From an uncultured Acidobacteriaceae bacterium (GTDB lineage: Bacteria; Acidobacteriota; Terriglobia; Terriglobales; Acidobacteriaceae): DNA of 64,000 bases. A program made the translations under genes and the position numbers. The DNA lies in assembly GCA_963826855.1 (NCBI GenBank), contig CAWGZE010000015.1, positions 37,174-101,173 of the forward strand. Reading direction: 5' to 3'. This document shows, one piece after another, positions 10,809 through 20,935 of this stretch (positions within the stretch are counted from its first letter, which is position 1; each line of letters begins with the position of its first letter). The notes below the pieces were generated by a model that was not told the origin of the DNA, made no database searches, and worked only from the letters and a program-made list of their open reading frames with translations.

Positions 10809-12907
10809 TTAGTGCATCATTGTCAACTGAGCGACCGTGCGGACCTGCGAGGTAGCGCGGTCGCTGTCTTTGAGCACCGCTTGGACGGTTTTCATCTGCG
10901 AAGCCAGTCGAGCGATCTGGGTCTGCTGAAGTCTGGCAGCCGTCTGCCGAGCCCGAATCTGCTCTCGCTGCGCTTGGATTTGCCTTTGCTGTTGCTGGAG
11001 GAGCGTCTGCTGTTCTTTGGTAGCTTCGATGAGAAAGGGCTGTGAGGCGCGTGTAATCAACCGACCGGGCATCCACACCGTTCTTCTCGTAGGTTACGAC
11101 TTCCGGGACGACGGCGCCCACTTCTTCGGCAATCACGCCGATCTCGCGCTTGCCGTTGGCCTTCAGCGTGTAAGAGACGCCGCGGAGCCTTTCAACCTTA
11201 TCCAGCGCATCGGGCAGCGTCTGAATGTTCGTCTTAAAGCGGCGGGAGCTGTAGGGGGACCAATCATCGGCAACTGCTCCTCCGTGGCCCTGTCCGATGA
11301 CCAGAGGGTTCTGGAATTGCTGGTTCCCTGTGCGGATGCAGACGCAGCCGCCGTTGGGTTGCAGCAGCAGGCCTGTGTTTTCCACGTTTGTCCACGTGGA
11401 CTGGATCGTTGCGTAGCCCCCGCCGGTTGCACCCTGCATCTCATATCCGATCAGCAACTGTTGCCTCGGATCCGTGGCGGCCTGAACCACGAGTTGCTGG
11501 GCGGCGTTGCGGGCGACCCCGTTGTCGTCCCCCGCGATGATGGTGACCGGCGTAATAATCTGCCCAGGTGACTGGGCGACAGAAAGACCCGAGGTGGTCA
11601 CGTGGCTGCCTGCTATTATCCCGTCCACGATCATATTCCCGGTAAATTCATTGAACGCGGCAGTGAATTGGGGAACCAGGGTGGTGTCGATATTCAGGGT
11701 GACATTGCCGCCCGTGCCGCCACCGGTAAGGCCCGTGCCCGCGATGAGTCCGGTGACGACTTTGGTGGTGTCGACATTTAGCGAGACGTTGCCGGACGTA
11801 CCGCCGCCGGTGAGGCCGGTTCCGGCGGTGACTCCGGTGATGGTTCCCATACCGGGGAAGGTCTGTCCTTTGGCGAAGGTGATGGTTCCGTTTGCGTTGA
11901 AGTGGAAGCCGGTCTCGGCGGCTCCGGCGCTGGTGGTTGACGAGAGCAGGTTCAGGGTTGCCGAGGGCGCGGCGGTGTTGTTGGCGGTGACTTCGGCCTG
12001 CCACTCGAAGCGCGGATTTGTGGCGGCCTTGCTGGTTGAGTTGTATGCCGAGGTGTAGAACTTGAGCATCTGAGAGTCGAAGCCGGCGGTGGCAGTTGCG
12101 GGGCTCGTAGGAGCAAATTCCAACATACCGTCGACGGTCACGCCGCCCTTGGCGGTGAGGGCTCCGGAGACGAGCGCCGTGCCATTCACATCCAGCGTGG
12201 CACTGGGCGTGGCGATGCCGATGCCGACGTTGGCCCCTGAGACGAAGATTGGGGAATCGGCGATGGTGCTTGCGCCGGTGAACTCAGGCACGCAGCCGGA
12301 GCTGCCTCCGGTGGTAGTGACGGTAGAGGCAGTCGTTGCGGCCGCAGATACTGTGGCAGCGAGATCGGCGGATGCTTTACTTCCGGCGAGGACGAAGGCC
12401 GACGCAGGCAGTCCGCCGAGGGTCGCCGAGTCGGCGGCCTTGAGGGCATAGGGAACGCTGGCCATCAATAATCGCGGCTGGGGCACCTGACCGGCGACTT
12501 GGACTTCAAGCCAACGGGCTTCGCCGGTAGCGAAGAGCTCTGCGGGAAGGCCGTTGGCGAGGGTTGCCCCAAGCTGGACCTTGTAGTGACCGCCCGCGTC
12601 GGATGTTACGGCCTGGGTTTCAGCAAATAGTGGCTCGCCGCCTTCCTGGTCTTTGAAGATGAGGAAGGTGATGGTCATCTGGCCGGAGATTGGCTTGCTG
12701 TCCGGCTTGGTTATGATCCCGGAGAACGGCACGAGAGCGGGTACTGCGGTTGAGGCAGATGCCGCCAAGGGTGCGGCGGATTGCGGTTCGAGGCTTTGCG
12801 TCGTTTGCGCGACACATATCTGAAATGCGGTTGAGACAAGGGCGGCGGTCGCAACCAGGGCAAGAGCGATTCTGCGAGAGATCCTGGTTTCTCCTAAGGC
12901 GGTTCAC
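10809..12907 (-). CDS. secreted tail-fibre-like protein with peptidase S74 chaperone and coiled coil (frameshifts near 12890 and 11040)
   Basis: Signal peptide RRIALALVATAALVSTAFQICVAQ in frame upstream of the called ORF; SVPYALKA; two TAGTGLTGGG repeats; SSRRFKTNI...IGVIAEEV...VDY; LIEATKEQQ in the shifted frame. Confidence 0.8.
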
Positions 12908-13341
12908 TTCCTTTAGCGACGCCAGCCGCCGGACTCCCTCACCGGGTACCGATCTTTTTGAAACTGGCTTGACTTCCAGCATAACCACCCTGTATGCGAG
13001 CGATTGTCCATCTGCCGGAAGATGGAGAGCGTTCGAATTTGTGTCGCAATTATTGAAAAGCTATTTTTTTAGTTCCTCCGAAGCCCTAGCGCCGGAGGGT
13101 CCTGTCCCGTCATGGATGTAGGTTCTGCGCAAGGAAAGGGTGTGGCTTGCCGAAGAATCGCGCCTGGTCGACCTTGACTGATTAGCATCCTGGCTCTCGA
13201 TGACCGCCCCTTCAGTTCCCATGAGCGCGCCATCCAGATCTTGCAGCGCTTCTCCCGGCCCGCTTCTGGAACATCTTGTGGGCGGACTGAAACTCAAACA
13301 TCAATCCATGGATATAGGGCGGGGTGGTATGTTCTAATCGA

Positions 13342-13362
13342 CCGATAGGCATAGGCTATCGG
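13342..13362. promoter_or_regulatory. LysR-type recognition box
   Basis: CCGATAG-N7-CTATCGG palindrome (T-N11-A) immediately before the lysR ATG. Confidence 0.6.
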
Positions 13363-14274
13363 ATGGAGTTAAGACATCTTCGCTATTTCGCCGCGGTAGT
13401 GCAGTGGAAAGGCTATCGAGAAGCCTCGCGACACCTCTACGTGGCTCAACCTTCCATCAGTCAAGCAGTCTCTGACCTGGAGAGCGAGATTGGCATCAAG
13501 CTCTTCTCGCGTGAAGGAAGAGCCGCACGGCTCACGCCAGAGGGCGAGGCGTTTTACGAGGAAGCGGTCAAGACTTTGGCACAGGCAGCCAGGTCCATCG
13601 CAACTGCGCAGCGGGCAGCTAAGGGCGAAATCGGGAGGCTCGGTATCGGCTTCATGGGGTTTTCCAGCTGCCGCTTTCTGCCCGACCTGCTGCGGAAATA
13701 TAAAGCCCGTCATCCAGGGGTGGCGTTGCGTCTTGTCGAAGATGTGCCTCATGGACAGGATATAGCGTTTGATCGCGGGGAGATCGACATCGGCTTCACG
13801 CGGCCGCCTTCCGCCGATCGAAGCTCGTCGTATGAGTCCCTCCTGCTTTTTCGGGAACCGCTGGTCGTGGCCCTTCCTAAGGCCCGCGAAGTGACGACGA
13901 AGCGCGTCCGCATTTCAGATCTCGCGGGTGAGCGCTTCGTAGTTTTTCAGCGCACAAGTTCGCCCGAGGTCTTCGACACGATCATCCGTGTGTGCAATGA
14001 CAACGGCTTTTCACCGCGCCTGCACCATGAACTGAACAACATGAACTCCGTACTCGCCACAGTTGAGGCCGGGGAAGGAGTCGCCATCGTTACCGCCACG
14101 GCCAGTAATTTGCGTGCGGACAATATCTCCTTCTTTCGCCTTCAGCCCGACGAGGTTCGGATCGACTTCGTCGCGGCATGGCAGAAAAAGGAACCGTCAG
14201 TTGTACTCCAATCGTTCCTTGAACTCCTGGACGAAGAACTGCCTTCTATCCGCGCAATAATGAAATTCGCCTAA
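13363..14274 (+). CDS. LysR family transcriptional regulator
   Basis: MELRHLRYF...AQPSISQAV HTH plus substrate-binding domain. Confidence 0.95.
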   Translation: MELRHLRYFAAVVQWKGYREASRHLYVAQPSISQAVSDLESEIGIKLFSREGRAARLTPEGEAFYEEAVKTLAQAARSIATAQRAAKGEIGRLGIGFMGFSSCRFLPDLLRKYKARHPGVALRLVEDVPHGQDIAFDRGEIDIGFTRPPSADRSSSYESLLLFREPLVVALPKAREVTTKRVRISDLAGERFVVFQRTSSPEVFDTIIRVCNDNGFSPRLHHELNNMNSVLATVEAGEGVAIVTATASNLRADNISFFRLQPDEVRIDFVAAWQKKEPSVVLQSFLELLDEELPSIRAIMKFA

Positions 14275-14275
14275 T

Positions 14276-14294
14276 CGATAGGGATGGCCTATCG
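14276..14294. promoter_or_regulatory. second LysR-type box upstream of SDR
   Basis: CGATAG-N7-CTATCG palindrome. Confidence 0.6.
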
Positions 14295-14381
14295 GACGAT
14301 AGAAACTTGCGACGCATCCTATCGCACCGGCCTGAGTCTCTTGTTGTGTATGGCGGCAGGAGCCGTCAGCGGGAGATCGAA

Positions 14382-15110
14382 ATGTCAAGCAAGCAGAAAA
14401 CAATCATCGTAACCGGCGCTTCGCAAGGTATCGGAGCGGGCGTCGTGCAGTCGTTCCTTGACCGCGGATATAACGTGGTCGCGAACTCACGCAACATCAG
14501 CAAGTCTGGAGCGTTCAAGGCCTCAGATAAACTCGCGCTCGTCGACGGTAATATCGGTGACAGCGCGGTGGCTGCAAAGATTGTCGAGACAGCCGTTACG
14601 AAGTTCGGCTCGATTGACGGGCTCGTGAATAACGCCGGCATCTTCTTCGCAAAACCGTTCACAGAGTATACCGCCGAAGATCTTAATGCGTTGTCGTCAG
14701 TCAACCTCGAAGGCTTCCTTTATGTGACGCAGGGCGCGGTGAAGCAGATGCTCTCACAGAGGTCGGGCGGCAGCGTCGTGACTATCACAACGTCGCTGGT
14801 CGTTAATCCCATTGCCGGCGTCACGGCCTCAGTGCCGATGATCACCAAGGGCGGGCTCGAGGCGGTGACACGCAGTCTGGCAAGCGAGTATGCGAAGGAG
14901 AACATCCGCTTCAACGCAGTCGCGCCCGGCATGGTGGATACACCGATGCACGCAACTGATCCGAAGGACTTCCTCAAAACCCTGTCGCCTATGGGTACAA
15001 TTTCGAGCGTGGAGGACATCGTGGACGCTGTGGTGTATCTCACGGAAGCTCGCAATGTGACCGGGGAAGTGCTGCACGTGGACGGCGGTGCGCACTCCGG
15101 CAAATGGTAA
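14382..15110 (+). CDS. SDR family oxidoreductase
   Basis: TGASQGIG, NNAG, C-terminal VDGG. Confidence 0.92.
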   Translation: MSSKQKTIIVTGASQGIGAGVVQSFLDRGYNVVANSRNISKSGAFKASDKLALVDGNIGDSAVAAKIVETAVTKFGSIDGLVNNAGIFFAKPFTEYTAEDLNALSSVNLEGFLYVTQGAVKQMLSQRSGGSVVTITTSLVVNPIAGVTASVPMITKGGLEAVTRSLASEYAKENIRFNAVAPGMVDTPMHATDPKDFLKTLSPMGTISSVEDIVDAVVYLTEARNVTGEVLHVDGGAHSGKW

Positions 15111-15182
15111 GAGCCTGAGGTCGTATTCGAAGTCGATGAAAGAGGCGAGACCATCCGCCTCTTCTTCTCTGTGAGGTTGATT

Positions 15183-16265
15183 ATGTCCAAGAGTTGGAAT
15201 CAGACACGCGTTGCCACTGCCCTTGGAACTGAGTATCCGATCATCCAGGGACCGCTGGGTGGCTTCTCATCACAACGGCTGACGGCGGCGGTATCGAACT
15301 TCGGTGGGCTGGGTTCTTTTGGTGCGCACGGTCTTCAGCCACAGGCAATCAAAGAGGTAATAGCCGAGATTCGTTCACTGACAGCGAAACCATTCGCCAT
15401 GAACCTGTGGGTCTCGATGGAAGATCAAGGAGCGGGCACGTCTGATGCTGCAGCATTCCATCGCGCTCTTTCGCACCTGGCGCCACACATCGAAACGGTT
15501 GGAGGAACACAGCCAGACTTCGCGCCTTACAAAGGTATTCGCTTTGAAGACCAGGCGCGTGTTCTTCTCGACGCCAAGGTGCCCGTGTTTTCGTTCATCT
15601 ACGGTATTCCGCCGAAGGAGATTCTTGACGAGGCTCGGAAGCAAAACATCGTTACCATCGGCACAGCAGCCACTCCCGATGAAGCGATGACGCTCGAACG
15701 AGCTGGGGTGAATTTGGTAGTTGCTTCGGGTTTTGAAGCCGGCGGTCACAGAGGCTCGTTTCTGCGCTCATCGGAAGACTCGCTGACCGGAACGATCTCA
15801 CTCGTGCCGCAGACAGTCGACGCGGTAAAGATCCCCGTAATCGCGGCAGGCGGCATAGCCGACGCTCGGGGTATCGCGGCAGCGTTCGCTTTGGGCGCCG
15901 AAGGAGTCCAGATCGGCACGGCCTTTCTTGCCTGCGAGGAGTCCGGCGCGCACCCGCTTCACCGGGACGCTATCCTCAACGGCAAAGCCGGACGGACCAC
16001 GTTGACACGTGGATTCACGGGCAGGCTCGCTCGCGGCATCCACAACGAACTTCTGGAATCGCTCAATCGACCTGGTACAGAGGTCCTTCCTTATCCGCTC
16101 CAGCGAGCGCTCATGCGCAATCTTGCTTTGCCAGCTCAGAAGGCCGGTAAGGCCGAACTCCTTGCGCTGTGGGCCGGACAAAGCGCGAATCTCGCGCGTT
16201 GCCGTAGCGTGGGCGAGCTATTGGCCTCACTTGTTGACGGCGCGACGGAGAGGATCAATCGCTAA
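15183..16265 (+). CDS. nitronate monooxygenase family flavoprotein
   Basis: PIIQGPLGG, GFEAGGHRG, AAGGIAD, TRGFTGRLARG, LWAGQ. Confidence 0.92.
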   Translation: MSKSWNQTRVATALGTEYPIIQGPLGGFSSQRLTAAVSNFGGLGSFGAHGLQPQAIKEVIAEIRSLTAKPFAMNLWVSMEDQGAGTSDAAAFHRALSHLAPHIETVGGTQPDFAPYKGIRFEDQARVLLDAKVPVFSFIYGIPPKEILDEARKQNIVTIGTAATPDEAMTLERAGVNLVVASGFEAGGHRGSFLRSSEDSLTGTISLVPQTVDAVKIPVIAAGGIADARGIAAAFALGAEGVQIGTAFLACEESGAHPLHRDAILNGKAGRTTLTRGFTGRLARGIHNELLESLNRPGTEVLPYPLQRALMRNLALPAQKAGKAELLALWAGQSANLARCRSVGELLASLVDGATERINR

Positions 16266-16588
16266 GGCTTGATCAACGCCAGGCGCGACTCAGGATCGAC
16301 GAACTTCCACTCTCTTGAAGCGTACCTGCCTCAGGCTCGATAGGGTGAAGAGTTTATTGAGCCGAATAAGGTGACCGCCGCCGTTGTAGAGCTGGCTCAT
16401 TCTGCGCACGATAGCGGCATGCAAGGCTTTTATCGCACGAGACACCATGGTCCTGGGCCTCTGCGATTGTTTACGTTCGCACTCGGCATTGTTTTATAGT
16501 CATCGGCAAGGGAAATCGCTAATAAAACGGTCCGTGTTGGCTAATGGCTGGCCGTTCGCGGAACGACTTCCCGTGGGAGGACTAGCAG

Positions 16589-17236
16589 ATGACGCCACCT
16601 TCGCGGCAGATTTCTCTTGCCGGCTCTCAACTCGGCGCGGTTCGTCATGTTTGTGCCTTCTTCGCCACTGATGACGATGAGTATCGCGTATTGCTTCCTT
16701 TCATCCGGGAAGGTCTTTCCTGTGGGGACAAGGCCGTACAGGTCGTCAATCCCGAGGCACGCCAGGACCATCTGCAGCGCCTAGCTAAGGCGGGCGTCGA
16801 CTCAACCGCTCATCAGAAAAGCGGACAGCTTCAGATCCATAACAATACCGAAGTCTACCTACGAGATGGACATTTCGATCAAGACCGGATGCTTGCAGCA
16901 TTCGAAGAGATGGCGATTTCGGCCAGGAGCGCGGAAGGATACCCACTGAGTCGCATCGTGTGCCGAATGGATTGGGCTTCGGGATATCAATCTCATATCG
17001 AGGATGTGATCGAGTTTGAATCGCGTGTGAACGATGTTTGGCGTCGATATGACGACGCCGTTATCTGCACCTACCATCTCGCGAAGCTCAGCGGGGATGC
17101 AGTGATTGACATCATGCGGACGCACCCGATGGTCATTATTGGGGGGCATCTCCAACAAAACCCCTTTTTTACGCCTCCAGAGGAATTCCTGCCCGAGTAT
17201 CGTAAACGGCGCGCTGGGCAGTCACACTCCTTGTAA
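16589..17236 (+). CDS. MEDS domain protein
   Basis: HVCAFF, FIREGL, EFESRVN, ICTY, MRTHP. Confidence 0.88.
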   Translation: MTPPSRQISLAGSQLGAVRHVCAFFATDDDEYRVLLPFIREGLSCGDKAVQVVNPEARQDHLQRLAKAGVDSTAHQKSGQLQIHNNTEVYLRDGHFDQDRMLAAFEEMAISARSAEGYPLSRIVCRMDWASGYQSHIEDVIEFESRVNDVWRRYDDAVICTYHLAKLSGDAVIDIMRTHPMVIIGGHLQQNPFFTPPEEFLPEYRKRRAGQSHSL

Positions 17237-17248
17237 CGACGGACCAAT

Positions 17249-19687
17249 ATGCACCAGCAACAGCCGGATTCTGCGTCTGAAGTCAAACGCCTGCAGCGCT
17301 GTATGAATGATTTGGTGAGTGTTCTCGCGCTCCCAGCCGTTTGGAGCGGCAGCGAACCGTCTCGAATCCTGGAGACGTTACTCGATGCCCTCATGGAAAT
17401 ACTCGATCTTGACTTCCTCTATGGGCGAGTACAACTCGATTCCCACGGAGCCCCGATCGAGGCGCTTAGGACTACTCAGCTCTCCATGATAGGTTTTAGC
17501 CGGGAGGAGATTAGGCATGCTCTCAATCACTGGCTTGGAGAAAATCCGCAGCTATTGTCTGAAGGAGTACTTAGGCATCTGGGAGGGCAGGAGGTTTCGA
17601 TCTTTCCCATCAGAATGGGAATAGACGGCGAGCTCGGACTCATCGCGGCCGGATCTCAGAGGCTCGGTTTTCCAGAACAAACCGAGAGCCTGGTGCTTAA
17701 CGTAGCTGCGAATCAGGCAGCAATTGGGTTGCAGCAGGCACTGCGCCTGAATGAGCAGAAACGGGTTGCAAGTGAACTCGATCGCCGGGTCGCGGAACGG
17801 ACAAAGGAGCTTGCCGAGACCAACGAAGAGCTGCAACTCCAAGTTGGACTGCTGCAGCGTATTCCTGTAGCCGCCTGGACGCTCAGTCCTGATGGGACAC
17901 CGGATTTTGTGAATCAAGTTTGGCTTGAGTACACCGGTCAGACCATCGATTTCGTTCGGTCGCATCCCGAGGCCTGGATGACTGCCGTCCACCCCGAAGA
18001 TCGGAAAACAGCATCAAGGATGTTTTGGGAGGGAGTACGCTCCGGAGAGGGTTTTGCCATGGAAACCCGGTTTCGGCGCGCTCAGGACGGGACCTATCGC
18101 TGGCATCTCAATCGAGCCGTGGTCTTGCGCGATGCACAGGGAAGAGTCCTCAAATTTGTCGGTACGTCCACCGACATCGACGATCGTAAGCGGGCCGAGG
18201 ACGAACTTAAGCGGAGCGTAGCAAGATACCGGGTTGTGGTTGAAACCGCGAGCGACGCGGTGGTCAGTATCGACGAAAGCGGCGTAATCATTCTTGCGAA
18301 CGCCGCAACCAAGCGGATATTTGGATATAACCCGGAAGAGCTTATCGGCAGACCTCTCACTGTTCTCATGCCGGGAGGAATGCGCAAACTCCATGAGACG
18401 GGTTTCAAACGGTATCTGGAAACCAGCGCGAGACATCTGAACTGGAACGGAACTGAGCTGACTGCACTGCGGGCTAACGGTGAGGAGTTCCCGGCAGAGG
18501 TCTCATTCGGAGAGATGACTGCGGATCGGCGAAAAGTATTCACGGGATTCATTCGAGATATCTCCGAAAAGAAGCGCTCTGAAGAAGCGATCCTTGCAAG
18601 TGAGCGGAACCTGGGCCTAATCATCAATACCATGCCGGTGCTTGCATGGTCCGCCCTTCCTGACGGCACGGTCGAATTCTTCAACCAGCGGTGGCTGGAT
18701 TACACGGGTTTGTCTCCCGAGCAGGCGCAGGGATCGGGGTGGGCCCAGGCAGTTCATGACGACGATCACGGTCGTATGACTGAGTACTGGCAATCGATGA
18801 TTACATCCGGAGGACCAGGCGAGATCGAAGCACGTTTTCGACGCCTTGACGGTGACTATCGATGGTTTCTGTTTCGCGCAGATCCGCTGCGCGACGAGTC
18901 AGGCGCCATCATCAAATGGTATGGCACGAATACCGATATCGACGATCGGAAACGAGCGGAAGAAGCGCTACGCAACACTCAGGCAGAACTCGCAAGAATG
19001 ATGCGAGTTATGACGATGGGACAACTGACTGCTTCGATCGCACATGAGGTTAGCCAGCCGCTATCGGGCATCATCACGAATGCGAGCACTTGTCTTCGTA
19101 TGTTGAAGGGCGATCCTCCGAATATTGATGGCGCGCGGGAGACCGTGCAACGGACGATTCGCGATGGCAATCGCGCTTCAGAGGTGATCACTCGACTGCG
19201 GGCGCTTTTCAGCAAGAAGCAAATTGACGTCGAGCCACTGGATCTTAATGAGGCGGCTCGCGAGGTCCTCGCGTTGCTGTCCGGTGAACTACAGAGAAAT
19301 AACGTAATTCTGAAACAGGAATTCAACGATCTGCCGACCGTCAACGGTGACCGAGTTCAGCTTCAGCAAGTCATTCTGAATCTCATCCGCAACGGGTCAG
19401 ACGCCATGGACACGGTCAACGACCAGCCAAGACAGCTAATCATCAGGACGGAGATGAACGGCGATCACGTCACTGTTTCTGTTCAGGATTCCGGAGTTGG
19501 CTTTAGTCCGGAAATCGGTGACCGGCTTTTCGAGTCATTTTTCACTACGAAACAAGAGGGGATGGGCGTTGGGCTCTCTCTGAGTCGCTCCATAGTCGAG
19601 GCCCATCGCGGCCGTCTATGGGCCGCAAGTAACGATGGCCCCGGTGCGACGTTCGCTTTCTCCATTCCTTGTGATTCCAGACCCTAG
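17249..19687 (+). CDS. PAS-domain sensor histidine kinase
   Basis: Three PAS/PAC repeats; H box SIAHEVSQP; QQVILNLIRN, DSGVG, GMGVGL. Confidence 0.95.
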   Translation: MHQQQPDSASEVKRLQRCMNDLVSVLALPAVWSGSEPSRILETLLDALMEILDLDFLYGRVQLDSHGAPIEALRTTQLSMIGFSREEIRHALNHWLGENPQLLSEGVLRHLGGQEVSIFPIRMGIDGELGLIAAGSQRLGFPEQTESLVLNVAANQAAIGLQQALRLNEQKRVASELDRRVAERTKELAETNEELQLQVGLLQRIPVAAWTLSPDGTPDFVNQVWLEYTGQTIDFVRSHPEAWMTAVHPEDRKTASRMFWEGVRSGEGFAMETRFRRAQDGTYRWHLNRAVVLRDAQGRVLKFVGTSTDIDDRKRAEDELKRSVARYRVVVETASDAVVSIDESGVIILANAATKRIFGYNPEELIGRPLTVLMPGGMRKLHETGFKRYLETSARHLNWNGTELTALRANGEEFPAEVSFGEMTADRRKVFTGFIRDISEKKRSEEAILASERNLGLIINTMPVLAWSALPDGTVEFFNQRWLDYTGLSPEQAQGSGWAQAVHDDDHGRMTEYWQSMITSGGPGEIEARFRRLDGDYRWFLFRADPLRDESGAIIKWYGTNTDIDDRKRAEEALRNTQAELARMMRVMTMGQLTASIAHEVSQPLSGIITNASTCLRMLKGDPPNIDGARETVQRTIRDGNRASEVITRLRALFSKKQIDVEPLDLNEAAREVLALLSGELQRNNVILKQEFNDLPTVNGDRVQLQQVILNLIRNGSDAMDTVNDQPRQLIIRTEMNGDHVTVSVQDSGVGFSPEIGDRLFESFFTTKQEGMGVGLSLSRSIVEAHRGRLWAASNDGPGATFAFSIPCDSRP

Positions 19688-19994
19688 CCTGACTGCGCAT
19701 GATGACAGACGCGCAATTCAGTGGAGTCCTAAGCTTGAGATAAGGAATCCACACGCAATTCCCTGACGTCAAAACAAAACCAATACCAAAGTACAATATG
19801 GGTTTTTGCGTGGATAGCGCATCCTAGCTATTGGAATGTTGTCTCAAACGGGACTTCGGGAAGAAAAACCAGCTGCTTGGTTGATCTGTTTCCAAGATCT
19901 ACCTTTGCCGCCACTCTTGGAACGCATTGACTTCCTAGATCGGCTGTTGGACAAAGCGTTCTGAGTGTTGGATTAGGCAGGGAATGGGAACTCC

Positions 19995-20399
19995 ATGACG
20001 GACACACGTTTGCTGGTATCGGTAGTTGATGATGATGAATCGGTGCGCGAATCTTTACCGGATTTACTGAAGGAATTGGGATTCGCGGCTCGTGCTTTCT
20101 CCTCGGCAGAGGAGTTTCTGGAATCCGACACCGTTTTACGGACCGGGTGCCTGATCCTCGACATTGCGATGCCCGGCATGAGCGGTCCGGAACTCCAACG
20201 CGAGTTAAAGCGTCGTCAGGTACAGACGCCAATCATCTTCATTACCGCTCACCAGGATGAAAGAGTGCGGAGAGACACCGTCGACCAAGGAGCAGTGGAA
20301 TGTTTACTTAAGCCTTTCACTGATACGGCCCTGCTTGATGCGCTGAATGTAGCGCTTCGGCGTGGTGTGCCCGATCATTTGTGCCGGTTGGATAGTTAG
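19995..20399 (+). CDS. single-domain response regulator
   Basis: VVDDD, ILDIAMPG, LKPF. Confidence 0.92.
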   Translation: MTDTRLLVSVVDDDESVRESLPDLLKELGFAARAFSSAEEFLESDTVLRTGCLILDIAMPGMSGPELQRELKRRQVQTPIIFITAHQDERVRRDTVDQGAVECLLKPFTDTALLDALNVALRRGVPDHLCRLDS

Positions 20400-20462
20400 T
20401 GTATCGCAGTTATGAAGGGCCTAGTTTTCCTGTACCAAGGTCAGGGTTAGTTTTCGACCGGT

Positions 20463-20935
20463 TTAGGTTGCAGCCATACCGCGGCTGGCCGCGGTATGGC
20501 TGGCGAACTCATTTGGCGTCCTGTCACCGAGAGATGCGTGAGGACGACTCTCATTGTATTCCCGCCTCCATGCTTCGATGAGCTGCTTTGCCTCCTTCAG
20601 ATCGAGGAACCAGTGAGTGTTCAGGCACTCGCTTCGGAGGGTTCCGTTGAAGCTTTCAACGAAGGCGTTGTCGGTGGGCTTGCCTGGTCTGGAGACGTCG
20701 ATCTTCGCGCTGTTGCGATAAGCCCATAGGCCCATTGCCTGACTGGTGAACTCACTGCCGTTGTCACAGAACAGTACCTTCGGCACACCGCGATCCAGCT
20801 TCAACCGATTCAGCGTCCGTACTACGTCATCTCCTTTCAGGCTCTGGCCTACTTCTATCGCTACAGCTTCTCTCGTATGCACGTCGAGGATGGTCAAGGC
20901 GCGGAACCGTGTCCCATCCTGCAACTGGTCCATCC
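20463..20935 (-). CDS. IS3 transposase OrfB, 3' exon (rve domain)
   Basis: CDNGSEF, PGKPTDNAFVESFN, YNESRPH. Confidence 0.9.

Noticed and set aside
11680-11850. Tandem DNA repeat or CRISPR-like array
   Set aside because: Coding Gly/Thr repeat; I saw no repeat-spacer array or cas genes anywhere in the window
13090-13300. Possible VirD4/TraG C-terminal relic (KVDQARFF)
   Set aside because: Too short and degenerate to support without a search
15140-15170. Terminator between SDR and NMO
   Set aside because: The AAGAGGCG/CGCCTCTT hairpin exists but its U-tract is weak; it may be only an mRNA stability element
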